64,000 nucleotides of DNA from Haplodiscus bocki (Eukaryota), in the NCBI GenBank assembly GCA_965655095.1, contig OZ296650.1, forward strand, positions 122,388,001 through 122,452,000, written 5' to 3'. The notes beneath the pieces were generated by a model. The model was given only the letters and a program-made list of their open reading frames with translations. It was not told the DNA's origin and ran no database searches. Positions 23,401 to 38,400 of this stretch are shown here, piece after piece (position 1 is the first letter of the stretch; each line of letters begins with the position of its first letter). The position numbers were made by a program, and so were the translations under genes.

Positions 23401-26400
23401 ATACACTATAGAACGAAACAATATGCATCCCAACTTTTCACGGCAAGAATACCTGCTTTTACACTCGTCAAATTTTATAAAGTTTCTCCAAAGTTAAGAG
23501 GTCGACCATTACAGATTTTCTCTCGTAAGACAGCAGCCTCACATGGAGTCGACCTACCTTTGCATTTTTCTGCAACTACTGTAACTCTCAGGCATATATG
23601 AAAAAATAATTCGAATAAGCACTTGGCCATGATTTCTATGATAATCCCACTCCGCTGTGCACACATCAAAAAAAATTCCGAAGGAACACCCAAAACTTTT
23701 GTGGCAGCTATCGTTCGCGGTAACCAAAACCTTTTCGACTAGTGCAACTCATCAGGCATGCCAAACTTTGTGGCACTGTAAGAAAAATATTGAAAAATGA
23801 TGCCACCGTGCTTATGTAACCCGTTCAACGGTTGAGCCTCAAAAATCTACAGATGCGGGTTCGGACCGTTGTTATTCCAAAACTTCAGATTTTTCAGACA
23901 TACATAACAACCCTTTTTGCCAATAACAATTCTTCCGTCAAAAGGTCCGGAGATTTTTGTGATACACCTTTACGATCAGCGCCGATGTTGGCCGTTCTTG
24001 ACTGTTTTGTTTGATCTGTTTTTAAAAACGCATTGGGAATATTCATAAGTGGAATCACAAAATTGTCTGTGTTTGGATTATCTAGATATATATCTAGGTA
24101 TATGCGTAAAGAGGGTATTAAAAATGGTCCGATTTGTGCAAAAAATGCTGAAGTAGTTCGCATGTCGTTAAAATATAGGTTAGGCTGGCATTTGAACCAC
24201 AAACACCCAAAACTTTGGGGTTTAGAACTGACTTGTCCTATCCACTACGATATGGATGCATAAAATACTCAATAAATATTTTTGCTAAATCTGAAAAAAG
24301 AAGAGCTGACATAATCGGGCAATTTGTAATCGATAAAACGCAGACTCTTGTCGTATGAGTTCATGAAATCGCTAAACTTAATGGATTCTTATTCATAGCA
24401 ATTACCTCGTGTGCAAAAAGTATACAATTGGAACATAGTTCCAAACAAATACATGTGTAATTAACAGCAGAGGCGAAAACTGAAGTTGAACCAAATTCAC
24501 GCAAATTTATTCATAATTTTGAAAAAAAAACGAGAAAAAGGTGTGAAAGAAATTGACAAACGTCAGAGAAACAATTTAGAGATTCTTGCCAAAAAATTCA
24601 GAGACTCTTGAAATTGACAGGAACACTATCTTTTTGAGCTGGATTTTTTATCGTCTCAACGAAAGAATTCGATGTTTTCAACACAGAGGCGAAGCTGTGC
24701 TTCGCAATACTTGCGCCAACGAAATACTTGTGAACAAGTCGAAAAAGTAAAACTGATTTTTGAAGGCACCGCGGTACTGCGAAAACTACTGATCAAACAA
24801 TCAAACAGTAAAAAGTACGGACAGCAAGAGCAGTTAATTCGCTTTATATTTTAAAACAAGCGCGGAGGCATAAAACGAAACCACGTGAAAAAATTTCAGC
24901 AACAGCGCCAGCCGCATGAACAAAGCTTTGCAAGAAAGCTAGAGCGCATGAACAAAATCTAGGAACTTTAAAATCTAGGCACAGATGCGAGTTGTGAACG
25001 GATCAGAAACAAGACGGCCGGCTAGCACCGGCATATTTTTCGCCCAACTATAAATATTTTGATCAACTTTTGCAAACAGGTAAAAACAAAACTGTTTTGA
25101 TATTAGTTTTCAAAGAGTTTTTACAAACATCAATTCGACCACTGATTTCTGTACTTTATGCAAAAGGGTATCACGATTTGCCGTTGAAAATTTTTTGTCT
25201 CACAGTGCCAAAAAATTTCGTCGAGCAACCCTTCTGTGTTTCTGAAAATTTCTGGTACCGAAAAATGTTAGGGATAAGAGAGGGGGCGGGTATCAAGATT
25301 TTCTGTCAAAATTGTTTTGCCTCACAGTACCGAAAAACTTCGTAGGGGAACCCTTCTGTGTTTCACAAAAGTTCTAGTATCGAAAAAATTTATGGATAAG
25401 AGGGGGGGGGGGGTAGGTACCTACTTCTTGACAACTTTGTTGCCTTCCTAACTCTACTGCTGTCATTTATTTTTGAATAAAAAGAGTTGGCAATTTTGGT
25501 CTGGAAAAAAAAGAAAAACGACCTTACTGAATGAATAATTTTTCTTGCTTATTACATATGCCGCAAAACATAAAAAACAAACTGTCAACAGCCAGTGGTA
25601 TAAGACTTGCTTGCGCAAGTGTAAAGACTATTGTGAGGAATGAAAAGGGATGAACCGACCTGATGAGGTTCCATTTTTTGCAGGGGTCTTCCATGAGTTT
25701 AACTACATTTTGTTTACACTCCACCATCAAACGATGAATGTTGTTGAGCAAAGTTCGAGTTTGGACATATCGGTGTTCCATTTCTGGGAGAAAATTCTGG
25801 ACATCTTCAAGAGGTTCTACCTGAAATTTGCAGCGCGTTCTGGAAATTCTCTTTTACAAAATCCATACAAGGATCAGGTCAAAAGACTCTTGTCGATCGA
25901 CAGGTTCCATTTTGAGACCAAACCATCAAAAAATCATAGGAAGCAAGGATGACACGTCTGTCATATTGGATTCCAATGAGGACAATGAACGAAGTAAACC
26001 CTCGGTTGTTGTTGCTTATAGTTTTAATATTTGTTCGATTATGTCACAACGCATTAAGGGCTACGAAATAGCAGTCAAAGGCCGCAAGTGAGGTAAAGTC
26101 ACGTAAATTGCCTGATAATTTAGGAAACCAGAAAAGATCATACGAATAAAATGGGCAAATTACGGAGTAAAATTAAATCACTTAAGAGTCCCAGAAATGG
26201 AACTGAATTAATTTAAAGCCAATTGAAAGTGAATAGGATTACTTTTAGTAAATAGTTACCACCACAAACGTTCACTTGCTAAGTAATATGATCCGACATG
26301 AACGTTATTCACATCTAGCAGGTGCCGAAAAGCAAGCATGGCTAGATTTTACTCTAGTCGCTCCAAAATTTTCCTTCTTTGGCTCTCTTTTTATCCGTCT

Positions 26401-29400
26401 TTCATTGCTATTAGCGAGATTTCAGATTATGAACCGAAAAAAGGATTAGATCATGAGCAATCTTTTAATGCTAAAAAAATTATGATACTCTGGTGAACCT
26501 AAAATAACGGGAGGATCCCGGGTAGTTCTCTATGTATTAAATCCAGCAACCCCCCATAAGAGTTCACCAGCTTCAAAATCTATAAATTACAAATTAATGT
26601 TTAATTTTGGACCCCCGCCGGTTATCAAGACCCCACCCATCATTGTCCACGAAAGATCCAATTGGACCACTCCCCTGTTATTTGTACCCAGCTTATGATA
26701 AGGTTCACCAGAGTAACTCTCTTCGCACATGCCCGAAAAATTTCCCCAAAAAGCCGACACCTAAAATTTCCGGCACAACCCTTTTTCCTAATTCCAATAA
26801 TTTCCGAAGAGACAAACACCAAACTATTAAAGATACACCACCTTCACGTATACACCGGAGAGACAGTGCCGTTTGAGCAGAGCTATTTGAGCAGAGCTAT
26901 TTGAGCAGAGGCGAAGCTGTGCTCCGCAAACACTCGCAAAAACGTTAACAAACGATCACAGGCGAAATCAAAAACTCAAACATCTGTAGAAAAAATTTTC
27001 ACGTCAACCCGTCTCTAATTTGAATATTTTCTTAAAAACAGCTTTGAACAAGAAATTTTCAACATGAATAGTAGCATAATTTAAAATTGGCCATAAAATT
27101 CAATGATGGGCGTCTAAACAGGCTTTGCATCATTATCGCTCCACCTGCCTAATTTTTTTTTCAAACGACCAGCTGGTTAATAGAAAGAAATATCAATTAT
27201 TATAAACATTCAATTTTCAAACCACGCACGCAATTTTCAATTTACATATACGCATTCATCGAGACTAAATTCCATTCAAAATTACATATTATAATTTCCT
27301 TCCTAAGTCAAGTCAAGCTAGCATTTAGACAACCAAGCAAGAAGTTGAGTGCTTTTTGCGAAGTCTGTGCATTTGATAAAGTTGTTATTTTCCGTCGTTA
27401 TTATATTATGAAAGACAATCTTCAATTCAGCATGTAAACCTAATTTTCTCCCCTCGTTTGCCAATTCTGGTTGCGTACTGTATCAACTGATGTCTTACCT
27501 GACTTCTCTAGTATACAAGGTTAATCGCGATGACGGGCGTTAGAGGGTTCGGGTTCGATCCCCACTTGGACTAGAAATTTCTATACAATTAACTTCTATT
27601 CTAAAAAAATAACTTTGAAAACACCAGAAAGTTTTCTTGCTTCCGAGGTTTTTTGCATACTTGTGCAGAAACCTTTCAAATTTCAAACTTTTGGTTTATC
27701 AGGGAAAGAAGATGTCAAATGAAGCTATCAGTATTGACTTTTTCGATTTTGAAAATCAGTTTTCTGTATTTCTGTTAACTCGCTTTCTCCATCAAATCAT
27801 GAATCGATAACTTTAGAATTGCATAAGGTAAATTCATAAAAATATTTCGGCTTTATAATTTCAAAAAAAAATTTTGATGGGCCGAAGGTCCAAAAACCAC
27901 TGCCGTTTCGAAAATAGCATTTAATTAAAATGCAGGTATTTTGTCAGCTATTCGTGCGATGTTTTTTTGATCAAAATTTCTTGAAACTTGTCGACGAAAA
28001 ATGCGACACCGCTGTTTGGACTCTTGTTTACAATATGATGGCAGTAACGATCCCAGCATGCTTCTCGAACGAGGACTACGTGAATTGAAATTGGTAAATT
28101 GCAATTAGGACAAAAGTGTTCAAGAAAATCACTTTCGAAAACATCATTGTGATCAAAAAACTATCCGACTTCAACGTTTAAACTGAATAACTTTACGGAT
28201 AAAGTTTGAAAATGGAGATCCCTGGTTTCCCACAGACTTTGAGCTGCGAGAACCTGAATCAAAGATTGGGAATGAAACGAGAGAGTTCAAGAAACTCACT
28301 TTTGAAAACATCATTTTACTGAAGAAATTGACAAACTTCCTGGATAACGTATGAAAACAGAGATCCGGAACTTTGAGCAGATTTTTCGAACCAACTTTGA
28401 GTAGCCGAATTGGAAGCGGATAATTGACATCCGATTAGGAGTTAATGAAAGCTCCGAAAAAATCTCATTAAAATTTCAGACAAAATCCCATTTCAGAGGT
28501 CTGACCTTTATTTTCGACCTTTTCGCCTGATTTTTTCAAGATTAGCAGCAAAGAAATTTTAATAGATTTCACAAATTTCCAACACCGCAGTAACCCCTCC
28601 CGTGTGCTGATATTTGAATTTAATATTAGCTATTTCAAAAGTTGCAAATAAGTTTTTAGCCGTGTATGCATGTCTTTGTTACTGCTTTTGACAGAAAATG
28701 GAAGTTTTGGCCATCCATGATTAACACTTTAACAATTTTTGTCCCACACAAAATCGTCGAAAATCAAAAATAGATAGTGCTTTTCCAGTGGTAGGAAAGT
28801 ATCAAAACAATTCAATGATTAAACGCTTCTGAAAAGTTGAGCTGCTCAAAAACTTAATGATTTAACACAGTTTCTAACAAGTAGAAAGCGTCCTGATAAT
28901 AAACACAGCAGTAGTTAGACCAAATTGGAGAAAAAAACTGTTATAAATAGACGTGAAAGGGTATAAGATGGAGAATCATCAAAACTTGCTTTTTGTAGTC
29001 CACTTGACCGATTGAGACGGTCAATGTCTGCCAGGGCCTTCAACACTAGTGACTCATTACTATACGTATGCTTGTCAATGACAGCAACAATTCTCTCAAC
29101 TTCCTTTGCGGGCGCCCCCAAAACCTGAATTTCGACCAATTCACTCCACTCATGAAAATCCACTTCCCTCAGTAGGGTGTTCGAGACTTTCACTGAAACA
29201 GAGGACAGACCATGTTCCACGAGAAAGTATTTTCATGAGAAAAATTATTGGGCGCTTTACTTCAGTAAAAAGCCGATTATTACATCATTTTTCACAGTCG
29301 AAAGGTCCGAAAAATCTCGTGAAATTTAAAGGTGACATCTTGGAAAGGAAGCCTGTGTTAGTGGTCTGGGGAAGACAAAAGCGTTAATAGTTTGAGTCTT

Positions 29401-32400
29401 GAGCTTCTTTTCCAAATTGCTACTGCGGGTCATGCACAAATCCTTTGTTCCCAAGGTGAAAAGTAGCCGTCAAGCCACGCAAGAACACATGGGCGGTTCA
29501 AAGAGAAAAAAATGCGACAGGAAGGGTAACCATTCTGACCTACGGCATTAATGGCAGTTTTTGTCGCCAGCAGACGACTGCTAGACCAACTAATTGCAAA
29601 ATTTGCACTCGAGGTTGCTTAAAAGAATTACCTGTTCGTTGTCCCCTGAGTGCATGGCGGCGGCGAGTGACACTTACTTAATTCTTTGCGGTTGAACTGA
29701 ACACGGTAGGTGAGGTCGCGAAGGTTGCTGACTTTGTTCCTGGCGTCGAACACAATTGCAGTTGGAACTTCCACCTCCCAAATACACTTGACCAGCATGA
29801 AATAATCATAATATTCTTCAGTTTCCGCCACCAGCTCTCCTATCTCTGAAAACAAAGCCCACAGAAAATAACTCGAGGCATTTCGATAGTACTTCGTTAC
29901 ATAAAATAAAGTACACAAAATAGCTCATGCTATCCAGTTTATACTTAACAAAATCTAAAGCTAAATTCCTCAATCTGCGATGGCTCCACGACAATTCGGT
30001 CCAAAGACGAATTCGGACCAAAAACCGGATTCGGACCAAAAACCGGATACCGCAAAAAGTGCAAAACCTAGATCATCTCTCTATACAGGGTTTTGATTCA
30101 CACTGTCGTACTATTCAAGTTGTTAGAACATTAAGGGCTTTCAGCGTGAATGTAAATCAATGGTTTGATCACTACAGCAACTTCTATTTGCGGAAGGCGG
30201 TAATGAGAAATATGATTCAAATCGCTATAATTTAGTTGAATTTGCTCTCTAGTTTACTATTTTCAGAGGTCAAATTTTCTGTTATCACTTATTCTCTAGA
30301 ACGAACGTTTTTTTGCCAATTTTATCAAAGAAGTCAATACAAATTAAGCTCGTAATATTGGTGCTCAAGTCTTCGATCGGACTAGAGGTCAAACCATTAT
30401 CAGAATGGGGTTGAAAAGATGCAAACCTGAAATTGAAAGTAAGGCTTCATCGTGTGCAATTTGAACAACTTCTTTCACTTCCTGATGACTGTCAACCAAC
30501 TCCTTTGACTCGTGGCCTTCTTCAAGTGCGTCCATCAATGTTCCCAAATTAATGCTGCATGCCGTGTGCTTCACAAACACTACAAGAAAACAAAACTAAT
30601 GTAACATTTGGTTATTGTACAAAACGCCCAACTAACTCCATATTATCAGCCCCGAAATGGTCGACAACGGCCATTTGAAACATGTCATCAAGTCTCCGTT
30701 CAAATTGTCTTTTTCTAAAATCTAATTATTAAAATATTATCGTCTTTCACACACTGTTGAAACAAGCAGCTTTCGGACGAACTTGACAAAACCACCTCTT
30801 AGTTGTTCACTTGATGGGCTGAATGGAAACATATCAATTTGAGAACAGCTCAAAGTAGCCCATTTGTCGGGCGCGAGAATTTCAGTAAACCAAAGAGAGG
30901 GTTATAACAAAAAATAATTTGCCTCACAGTACCGAAAATCTTCGTAGGGGAACCCTTTGGTGTTTTTGGTATGGAAAAATTTTACACATGAAGGGGGGTC
31001 ACGATTTTCGAACGAATTTTTTGTCTCAGAGAGCCGAAAAATTATGTAGAAGGCACCTTATGATCGTTACGAGTAACTACCCAGGATTAATATTGACTGT
31101 ACTTACATGCTTTAAAATAACATGGCACCGGAAAAGTTAGGGAACAAAATAGATAATTAGTTCTGATCTTAAAAAAGCAAAGTGACTACAAGAATCGGCT
31201 TTTTTTACTAAAGTCAAAACGCCGACTAAAAAAAACAGAACGCAGAATCAGATATTTCATTTTATCATTCGCTCCATGCCCAACAATGGTGTGCATGACA
31301 AGATAGTTAATCTATGCAGCACGTCAGTCGAGTTCGCCACAGCATTGCACTGCCGAAGGTGCACAACTCACCTCATTTTTTTTACAATCGCAAATACATT
31401 TTCAAAAGCTGCACTTTGAGTACTGTGAACATAGAGGCGAAGTGGAATTTCGCAATACATTGACTGGTGAGTTGGGATGAAAGATAAACATTACATATCT
31501 AAGATCCTGGGAGACATTTGAAATCATGATCGTAGACGAGATTCACACTTTCAAAAAGTCAATCAAAAGTTTATTCGGAAAAATCGAATCGACACAAGTA
31601 CCTGCTACACTCCTACAGAAACAATTGACTTGCCAAACACATCTTCTCATTTTACTCCGCTTGACAGTAAAATGCATAAGAAATCGGTACAGTTTATGGT
31701 ATGATTCAAAACATCCGCCAGCATGGAAAGAACAGCTCAAGGGAGATTGGCGTTTTAGTTCGCAAGAGTACCGTTTATTCATTGGCGGATGCTCTGGATG
31801 GCACTATAGAATCAGATCTGTCCACAGTCATGCTCATTGATTGATGTCCCGCACTCCCATATGCGAACAACTACTACACACAAACTCAGATACATCGCTT
31901 TCTATTATTCGCAGTCTGTATAATTGTTTGACAAAAGAGAGAAAATCACTACCCAAGGCAGCGCTATACATGATCCCGACAGAACATCGCGAAACCAAAC
32001 AAAAACCTGCCACAGTGTTCATTTTTTCGAACAAAGGCCTTAACGAAATAGCACTTTTCAGAACCCGAAAACAAACAAGTACCTGTGAAATGTCTTGAGA
32101 ATTTCGTTTTCAATTAATTTCACTACACCACCAGATTCTGTGACGACGTAATGAACATTTTGACAGGATAAAAAACATGTCCCAAGCGCGAAAGTATATT
32201 TTTGCTTGACAAGAAAGAAGCCACAAAAAACCTGTCCACAGCAACAATCATCTCCTTTTGGTTTCACTCGATAAATTTGTAGCTGGATGTTGATTCGGAG
32301 GATTAAAAAACAACATTTCAACGAAACACCGCAAAACTTAGCAGTTTCCTGGTTGAGTTTGAAACACCGAAACCAAAACTACCATTCTGGACTAAATCTT

Positions 32401-35400
32401 CACAAATCCGACAAATACTCCGGAATTTTTTAGTCTTTGTAATTAAGCTGGATTCCTCGTCACAATATTGATATGAAGGTTAAAAAGGCAAAGGTTTCAG
32501 AAATACCGCAGAGTTAGCCATTTTTGCCGACTCGAAAACCCTGAAAATGACCATTTGCTCGCCGAATTCCTGGTTTCTTGAAAGAAATTGCTGAATGTAT
32601 CTTTTTTCATGAATTTTTCATAGCAAAGGTAACCAAACAGCAAGCAAAACAGTGAAAATTCTGCACAAGTACAAAACCAGCTTTTTCTCGATAACCATCG
32701 AAAAACCTCAATATGGAAAATTATTCAGCAAAACTCTACTGCAATTAGCTGACTTCGTGCGTCTCCATCGATCAAGATGGCACTAGTAGCTATAAATTCG
32801 ATAAGAAAGGCAAAACTGTGAAAATACTGGAAAAACCGTTAGCTGTTTTCTTACATCAAAAAAATTGCGGTTATTCTATCGCACAAAAGGCATTTGCTCA
32901 AGATACGCGTTAGAAAACGCCAAGATTTGCAAAATCGCACTTCGACTATTTTCTTGCCTTTTAGGGGAGTTGGCGGCATTTCAGGCACTGAATTTCTGAC
33001 AAAAAGTCTATGACAAAAGGTGACAAAGAGCCGAAGTAGAACCTCGCAACAAATTCTGACTAGCCAGTTGAGATCAAAGATCCCAAAAGACATTCGAATC
33101 CATGATGGGAGATGTGATTGACACATAGGATTATTACTACACCAGCTGTCAATCAAAACTTTTTTCGGACAATTTGGCGGCAGAAGTTCCTGCCACAGTC
33201 TCTCATACTCAGAAAGTTGATCTTTCAGTCATGTTTTGTTGGGTTACGCCATTTAGCAGCCAAATGCTTAAAAGATTTGCACAGCAAAAAAAAAAACGAA
33301 AATGAACAATTTACTGCCCAGTCTCAAATTCGAAAAACTGATAGGTCAATCATGTTTTTCGGGTTACGCCAGTTAGCTGCCCAGTGTTTAAGAAGATGGC
33401 ACCGTTAAAACACAAAAATGAACAACTACCTGCCTCAGTGTCTCATTCAAAAACTATGTTAATCGTCTTTCAGGTACGCCATTTTGCTGCCGAATGTTTA
33501 AGAGACTTGCACATTAAACAGCGAGAAATTGAACAGGTACCTGCCAAAAAGAGGCCATTGTTGACCTTCCCTACTAGATGACTAGAATCTCTGATGACGA
33601 CAAAAATGAAAATTTAGAGCAGGATAAAAAAAAATTGGGAATAACCCGGTTTCAATATAATTTCTTCCTTCAAGTCAGAATGTATAATACATAGCCGACC
33701 AAGGTGGATAGGATTTCGATTTTTTTCGCGCTCTCACCCTGCTACTAAGCTGCGTATTGTACCTCCTGTACTCCCACACAATTTTTTCGAAATCTTAAAA
33801 ACACAAACCGTTCCCACACAATTTTTTCGAAATCTTAAAAACTAAAACCGAGTAACACTATCAGTACTTTGTAAAATTAAAACTGTCCGAACACCTACAA
33901 ATACTTTCACGAACACCTACAAATACTTTCAACTATTTTTCAAACTAATATGTAACTTTTTCATATCAACCTTAATCTTCTACAAAACAATGACATATTG
34001 TTAGTTCCAATTGATTTTTTACCCGAAGTGATGCAAACATTTGCTAGCGGTTGCTTCTAATCGCGACACTGACCTGATTCACACTTAGAGAGAACATCTT
34101 CCATGGACTGGTACAGGAGATCTTCGAGATTCTGTCTGTCTTTGGTGGCGAATCTTACGAACACTTTGTCGGCCGACCTGATCTCTTCTTTGATCTGTCT
34201 CACTCGTGCGTGAATCTCCGCAAGTCGTCTGCTCAGCTTCGAATGGCTGTCCAACTGAGATGAAACTTCAGCTGAAAACTTATCGATTGCACTCTGTCGC
34301 AACCGTTCTTTCTCTATTTCTTCCTTTTCTTTCTCGTCTATTTTGTCGTCTTGGTCAACGATAGGTGTGGGTTCTTGAACTACTTTCGATTTCGGATCCG
34401 GTTTTCCTTTCTTTACGGGCGCTTTCTTACCTGCTATCAGATAAATAATTGTATCCCCTATGCAAATCATTTCTTGCTGCCTTTTTACATCATCCATTTT
34501 TGTATCATCATTTTCTCAATTAGTTGCACCATGCAAGTGCTGCTAAACTGTTTTCGACACGTTTAAACGCATTGCGTTGCTGAAAGTAGGTTTTCAAAAG
34601 TTATGCAATAATGAATCGAGTTCCAAATCTAAAATCTGTAGAAAAAATGCCGAACAATTGGTCATCATTCTTTCAACCAACCAATTCAACACAAGCCAGG
34701 AACCCTCAAATCGGCGCCATCCAAAAGGTGCCAACATCTAAAAACGTATTATAAGAATTTTCGCAGATTTCCATGAAAATATGGTTTCGAAGAAATTAGG
34801 CACAATAGAAGTTTGATATTACAAATATTTTGGTATTCACATAACTTCTAATAAAGAACGTGTGAGGGCAAGTATGGTGAAAAAAGTAAAAGGGTGTACC
34901 CACGAACCTTCATTTCATCGAGTCGGGATTTTATTCGAGCATGATTTTTTTGAATTCATACATCTCCAACTGTGACACGAAAACGCTTTCATCAAACACT
35001 CTAGACCATGAAGACCAATTTCCTTTGCACAATTTATAAGAGATTTTTACAAAAAATTCTGTAGCTTTCAGTTATGAAAAAGGCACGAGGGGAAAACAAC
35101 GTTCTATCAAAAATGACAATTATAAAAGCAGAACGCCTTTTCGTTCCGCTGCAAAAAATGAGAAACTTGGAACTAACTTTGTCCTTTTGCAGCTGGCTTC
35201 TTCGCCTCTTTGCCCCCCGCGCCTGCACCTTTGTCCTTTTCCTTCTTTTTGTCGTCTTTTTTCGCTTCCTTGGCCGTTGCTTTTCTTTCCTCCACTTTCA
35301 ACGAGTCACCCACGTTTGGTATTTCCTCGTTTTCAATCTCAGTGACTCGCTCAACTTTTCGCTTCTCATTGTCTTCATTTTCTGCCTTGTCGGTTTCTAA

Positions 35401-38400
35401 TCAAAATAAGACTTCCAAGGAATATATGAGGACACAAACAAGCTTTTCGAACAACTAGCATTCTGAAGTGCTATGTCAACCAACAGCGGTTTTCACCGGT
35501 CTTGTATTTCTTTTGTCTCTTAGAAGAACAATCTGAGAACAAATAAAGTCAGTGCGCCCCGGAAAGCATGAAATATTTGGCCGGTTAAGGATTCTGTTGT
35601 TTTAAGAGTTTCGGTTCCAGGAAAAAAATTGTTTTGGACATTCCTTCTTTTTTCAAAGAGAAATCATCACATGCGTGAATAATTTTCAGAGCTTGGAACA
35701 CGCTCGATTTGTTAACGAGGAAATTTTGTTTTAGATGAAAAATCCCAGCCTGAATTTTGAAGAGTAACTTTCGGAAATTCAACAAATACTTTCTTAACGA
35801 AGCTTTCATATATATTGATCTAGAACAAGGCTCCAAAAGTCCGAGTAAATACAATCGAAACGTGTTAAATGGTAGCTAGTGTAAGGGTAGAGCAGATTTT
35901 ATATAGTTCAGTTCGGATCTCTTCTGTTAACTTCGCCCACCAGTAGTAACGAGAATTTAGACCTCGTTAAAAAATAAACGTAGCGAAAATGACCCGTTAT
36001 GAATTTACATGCATTAATTTCATCAATTCTGGTAGGGTCAACTCTATTGAATGTGTCATTAAAGAAAAAGATAACTTCCTACGTTAAGTTGACCGATGAA
36101 ATCTAAGATCAGTATACTCAAGGTAACCAATCACGAAAGATACAGAGCTGAGGGATTCAGATCCGACTTTAAAGTTTAACAAAGAACCATCCGACCAATT
36201 TCTTGGATAGTCTTATTTTACCTTCCAGGAGCTGGTTTTGACCCTAAGATTTATAATAGTCACATGCAAACGCTGCTCAACAGCACTGCACTACATAACG
36301 AATGCCAATGTGATAACAAAGAAGCAAAGAGGAACTTCACAACACATCCTCACCAATCAGTTGAGATCAAAGATCCCGAAATAGATTTGAAACCATGAAC
36401 AGAGATCCGATTAACATCTTAGATACATAACACAAGCCGATAATCAAGATCTCGTTTGAAAAATTCAAACTGCAATAAGTACCTGTCACAGGGTCTCATG
36501 CTCGATAAGTTGATATGTCAACAATTCTTTTTCACTTTACGCCATTTTGCAGCCCAATGTTTCCGATATTTTCACGGAAAACTACGCGAAGATGAACAAA
36601 TGCCTTACACACTATCTCATATTCAAAAAACTGACACGTCAATCGCGTCTACTCAGGTTCCACAATTTTTTGTCCGGTTTTCAAAATCTACACAGTGAAA
36701 AGGGGCGAAGCTGTGCTTCGCCAGCAGTTACAAAACCAATTATAACTGAAAAAATGTCACCAAAACGAACTCGGATTCGAAATCAATCAATAACGCATTT
36801 GTCAGTTCATTCGAACTAAAACCTCCAAGCTACTCCACGCAAAACAAAGTCCACTAGTGGCTGAACCAGGACTGGTTGGAGCCAATTTGACCACCAGTTT
36901 TTGAGCAAAAGCTGTGACGAATGAAGCGAGAGAAACATTTCCGAGTTTTCAATTCGTCTCGAAGATTTTTCTGGCAATGGAATCATAAAATAGGCCATCT
37001 AAGCAGCTGCACGGAACCTCTGGGCCATAAACAGTTTAATCAGCGCTAGATGGACCCCATTGGCCTCTAGTTACGGAGAAGTGCTTTAACATATAGGTCT
37101 TCGCAACATTTGCGCCAACGGAATACTACTAAACAAATCAAACAAGTAAAACTGATTTTGAAGGGAAAACAGTACTACGGGAAATACTGAATAAACAATT
37201 GAACCGAAATTCAAAAAACTCAGTTAATTCTCACAAACTTATAATTAAGTGTACTTAACATGTACGAACTGCTTTAGCAGTCAAAACACTTTTTGAAACA
37301 AGCAGGAACGCAGGAAAGTAGGCCACATGATTTCGCAGCCCTCAAAAACCTCATCGTTGAAACACTCGAGACACATGCTAAACTGGACAAAAAATGATGT
37401 TATCTCGTTTTGATAGTTACTAGTGGCTGCAAAGTTGATTTAGATTTCAAGAATGCCAAACATCCAGATTATGCGGGATTTTCGAAAAGTTCAAGCAAAC
37501 AAAGCACAGTTCTTTGCGTTAAAAACTGCAAACCTCTCTTAAATTATCCATATCCATTCATTGAAGACAGACATCTAGCTGAAAGTTGTTTTGGAAGGCA
37601 AAAGAAAACTGTATAGCTCAAGAAGTACCATTCCGGACGAGAAACTGAGAAATATAAAAAACTCTAGTTCATTTATCACTTTGTAACTACTTCAAGTAGA
37701 TGCTCAGTCAGAAAGGTGATTTGCAAAAATGAAGAACAAAAAATTCGGAAAAATAACCAAGAAAGCCATTTTCACCGACTCGAAAAAAACTACAAATGAC
37801 CTTTCTCTCACGAAACAGCCACTTTGTAACGTTATCGAACATGTTCTTTTGCGTCGTTTTCTACTGCACTTGTACCTAACAGCGTGCGAGCGCATGACCA
37901 ATTTTTTTGCGAGAAATCGAGAGCGCAGGAACAAAATCTAGGCAGCATCAGAACTCACGCACAAATGTGACTTGTGTGCGGATCGAAAAAAGGAGCCTGT
38001 GGCCTAACACTTGCTTGCGCAATTGTGATGAACAATGCAATTAAAATGATCATCGATTTTTCAGTTACAAGTTAAGATTTTTCGTGATAAATTTCATTAC
38101 CAGCAATCACAAACAGTTAGCGATATCTCTTGAATTGAAACACAGCGAGTAGAACAAAACGCGCCGCACCAGCGAGATCAATTCCAAGCGCGTCACGAAC
38201 AAACGCTGTTCTATAGCAGCACTGTCAGAATAGCTCAGAAACTTGCAGTTAAGTACGGTCGGAAAAAGTTGTCTTATTCCAAACCAAGATGTGTATTGCA
38301 TGTGTAAGAACGCGACAATTAACATTTACCTTCGAAAAAGAGGCCGGTTTGACCGTTTGCTTTAGCTGAATAGACCTTTTATGACGTCAAAAAACACAAG

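Noticed and set aside
27503-27578. Functional tRNA gene
   Set aside because: A and B boxes are present but acceptor and anticodon stems do not pair convincingly.
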